Source of the DNA: Felis catus | Lineage: Eukaryota | DNA length: 64,000 nucleotides | Assembly (NCBI RefSeq): GCF_018350175.1 | Contig: NC_058368.1 | Location: 111,230,001 to 111,294,000, forward strand | Direction of reading: 5' to 3' | Part shown: positions 12,379 through 24,579 of the stretch, in pieces | Layout: every line of letters begins with the position of its first letter | Numbering within the stretch: position 1 is the stretch's first letter | The notes under the pieces: model-generated | Seen by the model: the letters and a program-made list of their open reading frames with translations, nothing else | What the model was told of the DNA's origin: nothing | Database searches by the model: none | Translations under genes and position numbers: made by a program

Positions 12379-14030
12379 GTAAGCAAGGCAAGCCAAGTCA
12401 AGTCCTAAAGTTTTGACTTAGGTTGGAAGGGTGAATGTTTTTTTGAATTCTGTGCATTCAGATAATATTTTTTCCAGAAAATCTAGTTGTTTTGGTTAGG
12501 GACGGCCTTCAGGAATTTAGGGTTTTAAAAAGGGCTCCTTAGAATTCTACTACCCTGTGCTGGGCTGTTGCCTAGCATTTGAGAACCACTGCTGTTAACT
12601 TTTTTGTTGCCATGCAGATTTTAATAATCATGGCTAAAAAGTTAGGTGCCTTTTGGAAGAGGAAGGCGAGAAGAGAACTTTCACTTTTCTGGGCATGGTG
12701 TTAGAATGATTCTTTTAATATATTGGCTCTTTTCCATGGAAGCAGTATTTTGATTTCTGCTATTAAGTATTAACAAATATTTATGAACCTAAATAAAAAG
12801 TAAAATATGCAAGCGTTTTGAAGTTTTATATAAATAATAAAGTGTTTTAAAGCATTGTTTTCAGTTATTAGTTTAAACAATATATTTTGGCAAGTAAGAA
12901 AATTGATTTTAGCAATAACCTAACCATTAATAGCAACATGTGGAAATGGGAAAACAAGAAGAGGGGAATAATTGTTGACTATACCCGACTACTGAATACA
13001 ATTAATGTTATCATTTTTGTTTTTTCTTGTAGCATTTCCTTTTTTATTACTATAGGTAGGGAAAAGACTGATCTGTGAATATTTTGAAAAGAATGGTGTT
13101 AACAATGAGTAACAAAATGATAATGTCCCACTGTTTGCCTCATTATAACTTTTAAAATTGAGCTACAATAAATATTTAAAATTTTAAGCAACTAAAAATA
13201 TGCCTAATGTTTTTGTTTATTTTTACAAACACTTTTCCCAAGGTTTTCAGTATCAACTCATGGCTAAACTCATGGTGGCCTTCAGAACTGGAAAGAAGTT
13301 AACTAATTTTATTGAAACTATTAAACTTACCTATCTGGTGTTAAAATGATTATTAAAGTTAGCACCTTTGTACTTAGAAGCTAGAGGTTGATACTATTCA
13401 TTAATTTTAGCTTCTTCTATATCTGAGTTAGAGTTCATAAATAGCAGAGGCACCTAGAAATAGATTTTAATTCTTCATAAGCAGATGTCCCTGGCATTTA
13501 TCTTTTAAGTCTTTAAACTGGGGGGCGGGGAGGGACAAACCAGATTTTTATTTTATTTTAGTGATTGTTCTCTAGACTAAAGCATTCATTCTTTAATTTA
13601 TGTCACCTTGAAATTAATTCTAGATTCCACTTTGTTCCATACTTTGAAAAAAAAGGTTTTTTATCCTCATAATTTAAATTTTCTTTAAATAGTATTGATT
13701 TGGGTGATTTTTTTTTTCAGTGTGTACTGCTCTTTAGAGGTTTTTAATGCTGCTCTTGACTTCTGAAATCTCAGATAGTATATAATTTTATAACGTGCAC
13801 AAAGGACCATTCATTTTAGAAGTTCATAAAAGTATTTGAAACTTAGATGTGTTCTGTATATTTAAAAACTTGCATTATATGAAATTTTTATTTCAACATT
13901 TGACATTTTTCCTGGGCTGTGGATTAAAGTGTTTGGAAAGTTACCTTAAATTTCAGATACCAGCTCAAATTTTTCAGAAATTGTAATGATTGTTCTAGTT
14001 TGAATATTATTAATAAACTTCCTTTTTTAG

Positions 14031-14108
14031 GTATTACACCAAATACCAATAATGGATCTATGGTGGTTCACAATAGTTATGATGAAATTGAAGGCGGTGG
14101 CTTTTCAG
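14031..14108 (+). CDS. SEC24A: SEC24A exon 4
   Basis: ttttag|GTATTA...TCAG|gtgaga; ITPNTNNGSMVVHNSYDEIEGGGFS. Confidence 0.93.
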
Positions 14109-14698
14109 GTGAGATGCTATGAAAGTTGTTTTTGTTTTCCTTTGTTTTGCTTTTTTTTTTTTTTTTTTTTTTTCTTTTTAGTATGTGTTCATTATAGGAA
14201 ACAGTGGAGAAAATTTGATAATCATGTCACACAACAGTACCTCATGTTAGCATTTTTGGTCTCCATACCTTTAGATTTTTTGTTAGTTTTTTTTTCCTTT
14301 CAGAATTGGGATCATGGGCTTTATTATTATGTTACAGCTATAGAGTATTTGTATCAATTAGATCTACTCAAATGTATTTAACCAGTTTAACATTTAATAT
14401 CTTTTCATTGAAATTGCTTTGAATTAGAATTTTAGTCTGAATATAAAGTTTTGGAAATGATATGGAAGTAAATTAATCATACCAAGCTTATATAGTCTAC
14501 ATTAACTTGATTTTAATCATTGCAGTTGCTTTGTTAGCAGTGTTTGTTAGCAATGTTTATTTGTCTTACTTTGCAAAATTGATGGATGAAAGTATTAAAT
14601 TACCCAGTGGATTTTAGAGTTATAATTCATTGGGTGGATGTGTGTATTTAAAGTATTCTGGAATATAAAACAGAACTTAAAAGTTACCTTGTTTCTAG

Positions 14699-14859
14699 CA
14701 ACACCACAGCATACTAATAAGAATCCCACAATGAACCGAAGTGTTGGGTATTCATATCCCTCCTTACCACCTGGTTATCAGAACACAGCACCACCTAGTA
14801 CAACTGCAATGCCACCTTCTTCCTTGAATTACCCAAGTGGGCCACAGGGCTTTAATCAG
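14699..14859 (+). CDS. SEC24A: SEC24A exon 5
   Basis: ttctag|CAACAC...TCAG|gtaaac; TPQHTNKNPTMNRSVGYSYP...GPQGFNQ. Confidence 0.95.
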
Positions 14860-15168
14860 GTAAACTTTTTGGTGTTTTGTTTTTGCTTTTGTTTTTGTTT
14901 TTTACTATTTTTCCATCTTTTGATTTAAATTGTGTAGACATAAAAAAGTTTTAGGAAGGTGTAATGAATTTTTTAACCAATTGGAATAATGGATATTTCA
15001 TAAGACTCATGTTATATTATATATTTCCAGAACCAAAATATTGACCAGGAAATCTAGATTATAGTTTTGTTATTTAGAGTGAAATTAAGTAACCAAGTCC
15101 TTATACACTTCTGTTTTCACCTGAAGACATTATAAAGGCTGTTTACTTTGAAATTATATTATCTTTAG

Positions 15169-15341
15169 ACTCCCTTAGGTGCTAATCATTTAACTACAAG
15201 CATGAGTGGATTAAGTCTCCATCCAGAAGGGCTAAGAGTTATCAATCTTCTTCAAGAAAGAAACATGCTTCCATCAACACCTTTGCAGCCTCCTGTTCCA
15301 AATTTGCATGAAGATATCCAGAAACTCAATTGTAACCCAGA
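15169..15341 (+). CDS. SEC24A: SEC24A exon 6
   Basis: ctttag|ACTCCC...CCAGA|gtaagg; TPLGANHLTTSMSGLSL...QKLNCNP. Confidence 0.95.
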
Positions 15342-15771
15342 GTAAGGCTTCAGATAGCATTTCTTATTAAATATGACATTTATTCTAGAAGTTTAAGATT
15401 TTTTTGGAGTTTCATGTATTATAAACATTGTATAAATGTTAATTTTTGAAAATAGTTTTGCATACAGAAAAAACCTTAGGAAATTGCTTACTTTAATTGA
15501 TATCTGAAATGTTCTAACTCAAGAAATAGAGTTGTAACTTACAAGCTGATTACTGCTCTTATCTGCTCTACTGGGACTCTGATACTCATTATCATTGTGG
15601 TGAACAAGTCCAAAGTATGGGGATTTGATTCTACATAATCCTTCATTTGCTCTCATCTTAAATTGTTTTTGTATAGCAAACAGAATTATGATACTCTTTT
15701 CTCCCTTCAAATGGATCATTAGTTTAAATGTATATGGTAACAACTTTCTGATAAATTGAATTTTGTTATAT

Positions 15772-15843
15772 CTATTATTTTTTTATTTAAGGTGTTTTTA
15801 TTAAAGCCTGGGTCCAGGACCCATGGACAGAAAGAGCTGCCGT
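15772..15843 (-). mobile_element. Short polyadenylated LTR-R-like retrocopy (copy 1)
   Basis: 39/51 ungapped identity to 45908-45958; AATAAA then A-rich tail; flanking direct repeat ATTTTGTYATAT at 15760-15771 and 15844-15855. Confidence 0.6.
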
Positions 15844-16696
15844 ATTTTGTCATATTAAAAAATTTTTTTTAATGTATTTTTGAGAGAGAGTAAGAGAGTG
15901 CATGCGTGCACACACACGGGAGGGGCAGAGAGAGAGGGAGACACAGAATCCAAAGCAGGCTCCAGGCCCTGAGTTGTCAGCACAGAGCCTGGTTCTGGGC
16001 TCAAATCCACAGACTGTGAGATCACGACCTGAGCGGAAGTTAGACGTGTAATCGACTGAGCCACCCAGGCACCTCACGAATTTTTTTTTTCTTTTTTTAC
16101 ATTTATTCATGTTTGAGAGACAGAGAGACAGAGCACAAGTGGGGGAGGGGCAGAGAGAGAGGGAGACACAGAATCCGAAGCAGGCTCCAGGCTCTGAGCT
16201 ATGAGCACAGAGCCCAATGCGGGGCTCGAACTCATGAACCGCGAGATCATGACCTGAGCTGAAGTCAGAGGCTTAACCGACTGAGCCACCCAGGCGCCCC
16301 AAATTTTGTTATTTTTAAATAGTCTTTTTAGAACGTTCAACAAAACAAGTCTTTTCAGTAATAAATTTAAGTTTGCATTTGCATATTTGGGTCATCACCT
16401 TGTAATTCCAGTGTAATATAGATTTATATAAAGGAAAATAAGTCATCTGTTAGTCTGAACTGTCTTATGCACAAGCCAAGCCAAAAAGAGACTTTATTTT
16501 AGTTATATAATAGTTGTAATTTTCTACCCTCTCTTTCTGAATAGGACTTAAATATTTAAATGGGACAACATTTGAGAGGACCTATTGAAGTGTTCTTTGT
16601 AATTTGATCCAGTGTTAAATGTACCTTTTGGAGTTTTTTTTTTTATCCAAAAATAATCATAACAACAACTGACACATGATTTTTACTTTGATACAG

Positions 16697-16799
16697 GTTA
16701 TTTCGATGCACGCTGACTAGCATTCCTCAGACTCAGGCCTTATTGAATAAAGCCAAACTTCCTTTGGGACTGCTGCTTCATCCTTTCAAAGACCTAGTG
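16697..16799 (+). CDS. SEC24A: SEC24A exon 7
   Basis: atacag|GTTATT...AGTG|gtatgt; LFRCTLTSIPQTQALLNKAKLPLGLLLHPFKDLV. Confidence 0.96.
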
Positions 16800-18042
16800 G
16801 TATGTTTCACTAGTGAAAGTAAATGTTTTATGGGAAATTAACTTGATGGTGAGGAATTTTCTACAGTAATGCGAGAATCACTTGTAGAATTTATTTGAGC
16901 TATCTTTAGGAATTTGACCACTGAGAGGTTCTTTTATTTGTAATTCAACCAGCACTTTTATTACCAAACACTTGAAAATGAGGTAAAATAAGTTGAATTT
17001 TAAAAAAATTCAAGAGGAACTGAATAGAAGTACTAAAAGAAAATAAATAAATCAACCATGCTATTTTAAAAAGTTGTAAATTATTTGCCCATTTAAAATA
17101 CTTTACCCAGTCTTCCAGTTGTGCCATTCTGGGAGTAAATTTGTTCCTTGAGGAAGCTGTTCCCTCTGCTAAAAGGGAAAAACAGAGAAGATGTCCACTT
17201 TTATCCTAAGGCTCTGAGACCTTGACATATGGACCTTGACGTGTTTCAGAGGATTAATACATAAGTGAAGTAACTTTCCCAAAACGAACTTATATTCAGG
17301 CTTTAGAACTTTTAATATGTAGGATAAACTTTAAATAGGAGCGTAATTGGAGAGTTTGAGTTTTTAAATATAATTTACTCTTACCTTACTTTGTCACAGT
17401 AATTTTATGAGAACTTGGTAAGCCTCTTAATGTAATATGAAGAAATCCTAATAATTTCCTTGGTCATTTCATTGATCTTAGAATGTTGATCCTTACTTTA
17501 CCATCCATGTGAAAAATACACTGGATATTTACTATGTTTGATTTATAATATAAATACCTAATGAGAAAATAAATACTTAAAAATTTTTTTAATGTTTATA
17601 TATTTTTGAGAGAGAGAGAGACAGAGCAAGCAGGGGAGGGGCAGAGGGAGAACGGGAGACACAGAATCTGATGCAGGCTCCAGACTTCAGGCTCTGAGCT
17701 GTCAGCACAGAGCCTGACGTGGGGCTTAAACTCACCAGCTGCGACATTATGACCTGAGCTGGAGTTGGATGCTTAACTGACTGAGCCATCCAGACACCCC
17801 AAAATAAGTACTTGTTAAAGGCAGAATTTAATGAGAATGCTGCTGGAACAAACCAGTAGTTTTTAAAATTAGTACATTTCATCTACATAATTTTTTTGTG
17901 TGGCAGTTTGAACACTTCTTTTTACCTTTGTTTTTTTCTCCAAAATTATAGTATTCCAGAAGTTACCTGGAAGGTATGGATTAATGTTTGGCCTTTAGAC
18001 GTAATGATCACTCCCTTTAAAAAATTTGTTTTGTTTTTCTAG

Positions 18043-18169
18043 CAATTGCCTGTGGTTACCTCCAGTACAATTGTGAGATGCCGCTCATGCAGGACATACA
18101 TCAACCCTTTTGTCAGCTTTCTTGATCAAAGGAGATGGAAGTGTAACTTATGTTACCGAGTCAATGATG
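18043..18169 (+). CDS. SEC24A: SEC24A exon 8 (Sec23/24 zinc finger)
   Basis: ttctag|CAATTG...GATG|gtatgt; RCRSCRTYINPF...WKCNLCYRVND with CxxC...CxxC. Confidence 0.97.
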
Positions 18170-18866
18170 GTATGTTCTGGTTTTTTTTTTTTTTTTTTTT
18201 TTTTTTTGAAACTTTTTCAAATTTCTCCTTGCATTGTAGGGAAAGCCAATAAGACAAATGTAAAGTTAAAAAAAAAACAAAAACACAACCCCAAACCCTT
18301 TCTTACTTACCTGTAATCCTTCTACTCAGAGATAACTTCCATTAACTTTTTTCTGTGCATTTATACTTATATATAAAAAATTGTATACTTTTTGAACAAA
18401 AAGTGTGATAATATTCTGATACTTTTTTTTTACATTTATTATATTGGGTATATAATAAATGGCATATTTCATGGTATTATTTAAGCCTATAATTTAAGAA
18501 ATATTTTTATTTAGAAACTGTCCCATGCCTTTTCTCTAGGGTGAAAGAAATAAGTCCACAGAATAGCTGCCCTTAGCTTCATTCACTGCAATAAGGAGGG
18601 AGGTGGGCAGTGCTAGAAGGTTAGTTGAATGTAGTTTTTTCAGTAATTGAGGAAGAGGAGATCTCTTTCAGAAGCTGTTAACAGTTTATATTTAAGGAAT
18701 TTCATCTAACCAGTAACATTTTATTAGGATTAGAGAAGAAAAAGGGTATACTGCTATCCACATTGAAAATTAGGTCTCTGGTGTACCTGGCTGGCTCAGT
18801 CAGTAGAGCATGTGACTCTTGATCTCAGGGTCGTGAGTACAAGCCCCATGTTGGGCACAGAGCTTA

Positions 18867-18899
<33 letters not shown>

Positions 18900-19090
18900 A
18901 AGTAAAAAAAAGAAAATTAGGTCTCTGGAAGGAAATTTCATTAAGTATTGGCAAATGGAGAATTTAGGAGATTTTTTAAAACCATTTTTATTGTTTATAT
19001 TATTTAAGAGTAAAGGGAGGATAGTGTAAGAACGTTATTTTTATTCTCTAATAATTTAGAAAATGTATTTATAGTGTTTAGTATGTCTTT

Positions 19091-19320
19091 TTTTTTTTTT
19101 TAAATTTTTTTTTTTTTCAACGTTTATTTATTTTTGGGACAGAGAGAGACAGAGCATGAACGGGGGAGGGGCAGAGAGAGAGGGAGACACAGAATCGGAA
19201 ACAGGCTCCAGGCTCTGAGCGGTCAGCACAGAGCCTGACGTGGGGCTCGAACTCCCGGACCGCGAGATCGTGACCTGGCTGAAGTCGGACGCTTAACCGA
19301 CTGCGCCACCCAGGCGCCCC
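19091..19320 (-). mobile_element. Young feline Can-SINE
   Basis: TSD TAGTATGTCTTT at 19079-19090 and 19322-19333; CpG-rich body. Confidence 0.95.
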
Positions 19321-20043
19321 ATAGTATGTCTTTAAAATCTTATGTATATGGGCTTCATTATGTGAAATAAAATTATAATAAAGGTAGAAGTTACTTTAGT
19401 ATGCAGCTCAGACCATTTCATGAACTATGGCTTATCCTTTAACATATGTAGGAATTTGAGTTTCTAAACAGTTAATGGAATGATAATTTAGAAAATATTC
19501 TTTGAGCTCTAGTGTATAGGCAACTGATGTTCCATAAAGGCCTCATTAATTAATGGAAGTGACTGAACTGTTAGCCTTCATTTAGCTTTAGCCTCTCAGG
19601 TATTTGTGCCATAGTTTTCAAGGGGCAGCTGAAAGCTATGGGGCAGCCAGAGGCTGTACATTTCATGTCAGTGTTAATACTCGCATATGGTTATGAAATT
19701 TAACACAAGATTTTGTCTCACATGTAAGATAATTAGTATTCATTGAATTTTTATCATTCTTTTAAGCTGTTTTAGGAAAGCAGCTTTAGTGAGAATTGAG
19801 ACAAAGTGTAAATTAGAAGGTAGGAAAAGAAAAATCACAGTGATAGTAGCTGTAAAATCATACTTAGTACTATTAAGTATGGGGGAAACTTGAATAGAAC
19901 TCAAAAACAAAGTGTATTTATCCTTTAATTTTTAGTCCATATTGGCTTATTTATAAATCTTCAAAATAAGAAAACAGCTAAATACAAGATAAATTGACCT
20001 TAATCCTTTCAGTTGTATCATTGTATGTTGTTAACTTACATAG

Positions 20044-20153
20044 TTCCTGAAGAATTCATGTACAACCCTTTGACCAGAGTCTATGGAGAACCTCACAGAA
20101 GACCTGAAGTTCAGAATGCTACTATTGAGTTTATGGCTCCTTCAGAATACATG
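20044..20153 (+). CDS. SEC24A: SEC24A exon 9
   Basis: acatag|TTCCTG...CATG|gtaagc; PEEFMYNPLTRVYGEPHRRPEVQNATIEFMAPSEYM. Confidence 0.96.
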
Positions 20154-20418
20154 GTAAGCTAGCTTGCTTGCTTGCTTGCTTCCTTCCTTTCTTATTTTTT
20201 GAGAGAGAGAAAGCTATTGCGCACACGGTGGAAGGGACAGAGAGAGAGGGAGAGAGAATCCCAAGCAGACTCCACACTGTCAGTGCAGAGCCCAACGTGG
20301 GGCTTGATCTCACAAACCATGAGATCATGACCTGAGCCAAAACCAAGAGTAGGACGCTTAACCAACTGAGCCGCCCAGGCACCCCGCTTTCATTTTTTTT
20401 TTTTTTTAACTTTGCAGG

Positions 20419-21193
20419 TTTTTTTTTTTAATTTTATTTTTTATTTTTTAAAATTTATATCCAAATTAGCATCTAGTGCAACAATGATTTCAGGAGTAGA
20501 TTCCTTAGTGCCTCTTACCCATTTAGCCCATCCCCCCTCTCACAACCCCTCCAGTAACCCTCAGTTTGTTCTCTGTATTTTATTTTATTTTATTTTATTT
20601 TATTTTATTTTATTTTATTTTATTTTATTTTATTTTATTTATTTTATTTTTTTTATTTTTTATTTAAAAAAAATTTTTTTTACCATTTATTTATTTTTGA
20701 GACAGAGAGAGACAGAGCATGAACGGGGGAGGGTCAGAGAGAGGGAGACACAGAATCTGAAACAGGCTCCAGGCTCTGAGCTGTCAGCACAGAGCCTGAC
20801 GTAGGGCTTGAACTCACAGACTGTGAGATCATGACCTGAACCAAAGTCGGATACTTAACCGAGTGAGCCACCCAGGTGCCCCTCTCTGTATTTATGAATC
20901 TCTTCTGTTTTGTCCCCCTCCCTCTTTTTATATTGTTTTTGTTTCCCTTATGTTCATCTGTTTTGTCTCTTCAAGTCCTCATATGAGTGAAGTCATGATT
21001 TTTGTCTTTCTCTGACTGACTAATTTCACTTAGCATAATACCCTCCAGTTCCATCTATATAGTTGCAAATGGCAAGATTTCATTCTTTTTGATTGCCAAG
21101 TAATACTCTATTATATATATATACATATATATATATACTCTATTATATTATATATATATATAATATATATACACTGTGTATATTATATATGTT

Positions 21194-21241
<48 letters not shown>

Positions 21242-21480
21242 ACATCTTCTTTATCCATTCATCCATCGATGGACATTTGGGGCTCTTTACATACTTTGGC
21301 TATTGTCGATAGTGCTGCTGTAAACATTGTGGTGCATGTGTCACTTCGAAACAGCACACCTGTATCCCTTGGGTAAATGCCTAGTAGTGCAATTGCTGGG
21401 TCGTAGAGTAGTTCTATTTTTAGTTTTTTGAGGAAACTCCATATCGTTTTCCAGAGTGGCTGCACCAGTTTGCATTCCCA
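20419..21480 (-). mobile_element. Feline L1 3' end (5'-truncated) with nested SINE and microsatellites
   Basis: Reverse complement of the L1 at 52840-53460; ORF2 C-terminal peptide QPLWKTIWSFLKKLKIELLYDPAIALLGIYP; TSD ACCCYGCTTTCATTTTTT at 20381-20398 and 21481-21498; SINE at about 20655-20882 inside. Confidence 0.9.
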
Positions 21481-23207
21481 ACCCTGCTTTCATTTTTTAT
21501 ATGTTATTGTATAAAATTATATAAATAATATATTTTTATATAGTATATTATTACTTAGTACTAGATTTTAAATAAAACACTGTGTCATCTTTTACCAAAA
21601 TTGTATGCTTTTAAATTTTATATGTTGTTCATTATAAATGTGGTTAAGTATACAGGGGTAAATTTGAAAAGTAAAAGTGTAAAGTTTCACTTATATTTCT
21701 TGTGCATCAATCCAGAAATTTACAAGATAATATTGGGATCGTGTTTACTTTTAAGTCACTTCCAACTTTTTCCTGATAATGCCATGATAAACACTCTTTC
21801 GCAAGTACTATTATACATTTGTATGAATATCTAAAGTCTTGCATTTTTAAAATAATAATTATGCCCAAGGTTAAATTAGCACTTTACATTTTACAGAATA
21901 CTTACATTTAAAAACAATTTCTTTAGTGTTTTATTTTTTTTTGAAAGAGAATGCTAGCAGGGGAGGGGCAGAAAGAGAGGGAAACAGAATCTGAAGCTGG
22001 CTCCAGGCTCTGAGCTGTCAGCACAGAGCCTGAAGCAGGGCTCAAACCCACGAACAGTGAGATCATGACCTGAGTCGTAGTTGGATGTCCAGTGGACTCA
22101 GCCATCCAGGCGCCTTAGCACTTACACATTTAAACAAATTTTTTAAACGTTTATTTATTATTGAGAGACAGAGAGACACAGAGTGTGAGCAGGGGAGGGG
22201 TAGAGAGAGGGGGGGACACAGAATCTGAAGCAGGCTCCAGGCTCTGAGCTGTCAGCGCAGAGCCCGATGCGGGGCCCGAATTCACAAACCGCGAGATCAT
22301 GGCCTGAGCCGAAGTCGGTCGCTTAACCGAGCCACCCAGGCGCCCCAGCACTTAGGTATTTTTGATCATCACAAACAACAGTCTGAAATAAGCTAGGTGA
22401 ATGTTGTTCCTGTCTGTAAGGTAGGAAAACAAACTTCGGTTAAGTGACTTGCTAAATATCATTTAAGTAAGTGGGAGAGCTTGCATAAAAATCCATGGCT
22501 TTGATTTGGTTACTATTTCACCATGCCATAATTTTCTCTAAATAAAGGGAATATTAAGATAAGACTTAACATGAACTTTTAGTATTTTATTTTACCTTGT
22601 TATATTTTTGTAGGGTAATCTCCCTCTATTTGGGCAGTGGACGCCATTTTGGTATAGAAATTATGAGGGTGCATTTTCTTTTCATCACAGAAAAGTTCAG
22701 TGTAGAAGACAGTTTTGTGACATTTAAATGGTCAGTAATGGGGTGCCTAGGTGGCTCACTTGGTGGAACACCAACTTTGGCTCAGGTCATCATCTTGCGG
22801 TTTGTGAATTCGAGCCCTGCATTGGGCTCTGTGCTGATAGCTAGGAGCCTGAAACCTGCTTCAGATTCTCTCTCTCTCTCTCTCTCTCTGCCCCTCCCCT
22901 GCTCATGCTCTGTCTCTCTCTCAAAAATAAAATAAACATTAAAAAAATTAAGAAATAAAAAATAAATGGTAATAATTTTCTGTAGTATAGCTGTGTCTGT
23001 TGAATTAAAGCCAAAAAATCAGAAGCCTCTGTTCTTTTGAATTGCCCTCCCTAGGGCTCTTTTATCTCCCAGGTTTTACAAAAGTGGCTTCCTTTAAATT
23101 TGTAAACTTTCTTATTGTAAGATGTTTTGCTCCTTCGTCTCTTATCTCATAGGTGAGAGATGCTATGAATTTGGCAAGTGATCTGTGCATAAAAATATAA
23201 AAGTTAG

Positions 23208-23424
23208 GGGGCGCCTGGGTGGTGCAGTCGGTTAAGCGTCCGACTTCAGCCAGGTCACGATCTCGCGGTCCATGAGTTCGAGCCCCGCGTCAGGCTCTGG
23301 GCTGATGGCTCAGAGCCTGGAGCCTGTTTCCGATTCTGTGTCTCCCTCTCTCTCTGCCCCTTCCCCGTTCTTGCTCTGTCTCTCTCTGTCCCAAAAATAA
23401 ATAAACGTTGAAAAAAATATATAT
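23208..23424 (+). mobile_element. Young feline Can-SINE
   Basis: TSD ATATAAAAGTTAG at 23195-23207 and 23425-23437. Confidence 0.95.
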
Positions 23425-23549
23425 ATATAAAAGTTAGTATACCACATGCCCAGTTCTCATTGTGGTTTTTTGATGCTTTTTAGTGAATTGAAAACAAATC
23501 TTTAACTTTGGAATTTTTTATTTTATTCTATTCTATTCTATTTTATTTT

Positions 23550-23761
23550 ATTTTTCAACGTTTATTTATTTTTGAGACAGAGAGAGACAGCATGAACGAT
23601 GAATGGGGGAGGGCCAGAGAGAGGGAGACACAGAATCGGAAACAGGCTCCAGGCTCTGAGCCATCAGCCCAGAGCCTGACGCGGGGCTCGAACTCACGGA
23701 CCGCGAGATCGTGACCTGGCTGAAGTCGGACGCTTAACCGACTGCGCCACCCAGGCGCCCC
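23550..23761 (-). mobile_element. Young feline Can-SINE inserted in the tail of an older SINE
   Basis: Flanked by TATTCTATTCTATTTTA repeats; older SINE continues at about 23780-23939. Confidence 0.92.
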
Positions 23762-24466
23762 TATTCTATTCTATTTTAAATGTTTGTTTATTTTTGAGAG
23801 ATGGCACACACGAGCAGGAGAGGGGCACAGAGAGAGGGAGAGAGAGAATTTCAAGCGGTGCTTGATCTCACTGTGAGATCATGACCTGAGCTGAAATCAA
23901 GAGTCAGATGTTTAACCAACTGTGCCACTCAGGCACCCCTAAATTTGGAATTTTAAAATATAGTTGTACTTTTTTATGGATTTTAGCTGAAATGCATTGG
24001 TTAAGGAACCAGCTCTGGCTAACTTGAGAAATCAAGTCACAGCTATAATTTCCCTATATTGTGAAATATTGTGTACATATGGAAAAATCTGTAAAACATA
24101 AGTGTGTAGTTTACCAAATAATAAATACCTGTGTTAGTACCACCCAAGTCAGAATTGAGCATTGCCAGTACTCCCAGAATGCCTTCTGATCACATTTTCT
24201 TTTCTTCCTGTCCTAGAGAAAAACTCTTCTGACTAAGGGCAATCACATCTTCATTTTGTGTTTTATAAGTATGTGTCTCAAAAAAATAAAGTTTTGCCTG
24301 TTTTTAAAATTCTTGTTATTTTTGTATTGTTTTCTCAATCCATTATTGTTTATAATTGTCTTAATCTATAGATAATGTTTGTTGTTTTGCTGTAAGTGGG
24401 CCAGACAGATGATAAGTTTAGATTTAATCCTTTGAGATGATTTATTGAGATCTTTCTTTTCTTCAG

Positions 24467-24579
24467 TTACGACCACCTCAACCTCCAGTGTATCTCTTTG
24501 TGTTTGATGTATCTCACAATGCCGTTGAAACTGGATACTTGAATACAGTTTGCCAGAGTTTGTTAGACAATCTGGATTT
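24467..24579 (+). CDS. SEC24A: SEC24A exon 10 (start of trunk/vWA domain)
   Basis: cttcag|TTACGA...GATTT|gtaagt; LRPPQPPVYLFVFDVSHNAVETGYLNTVCQSLLDNLD. Confidence 0.96.
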
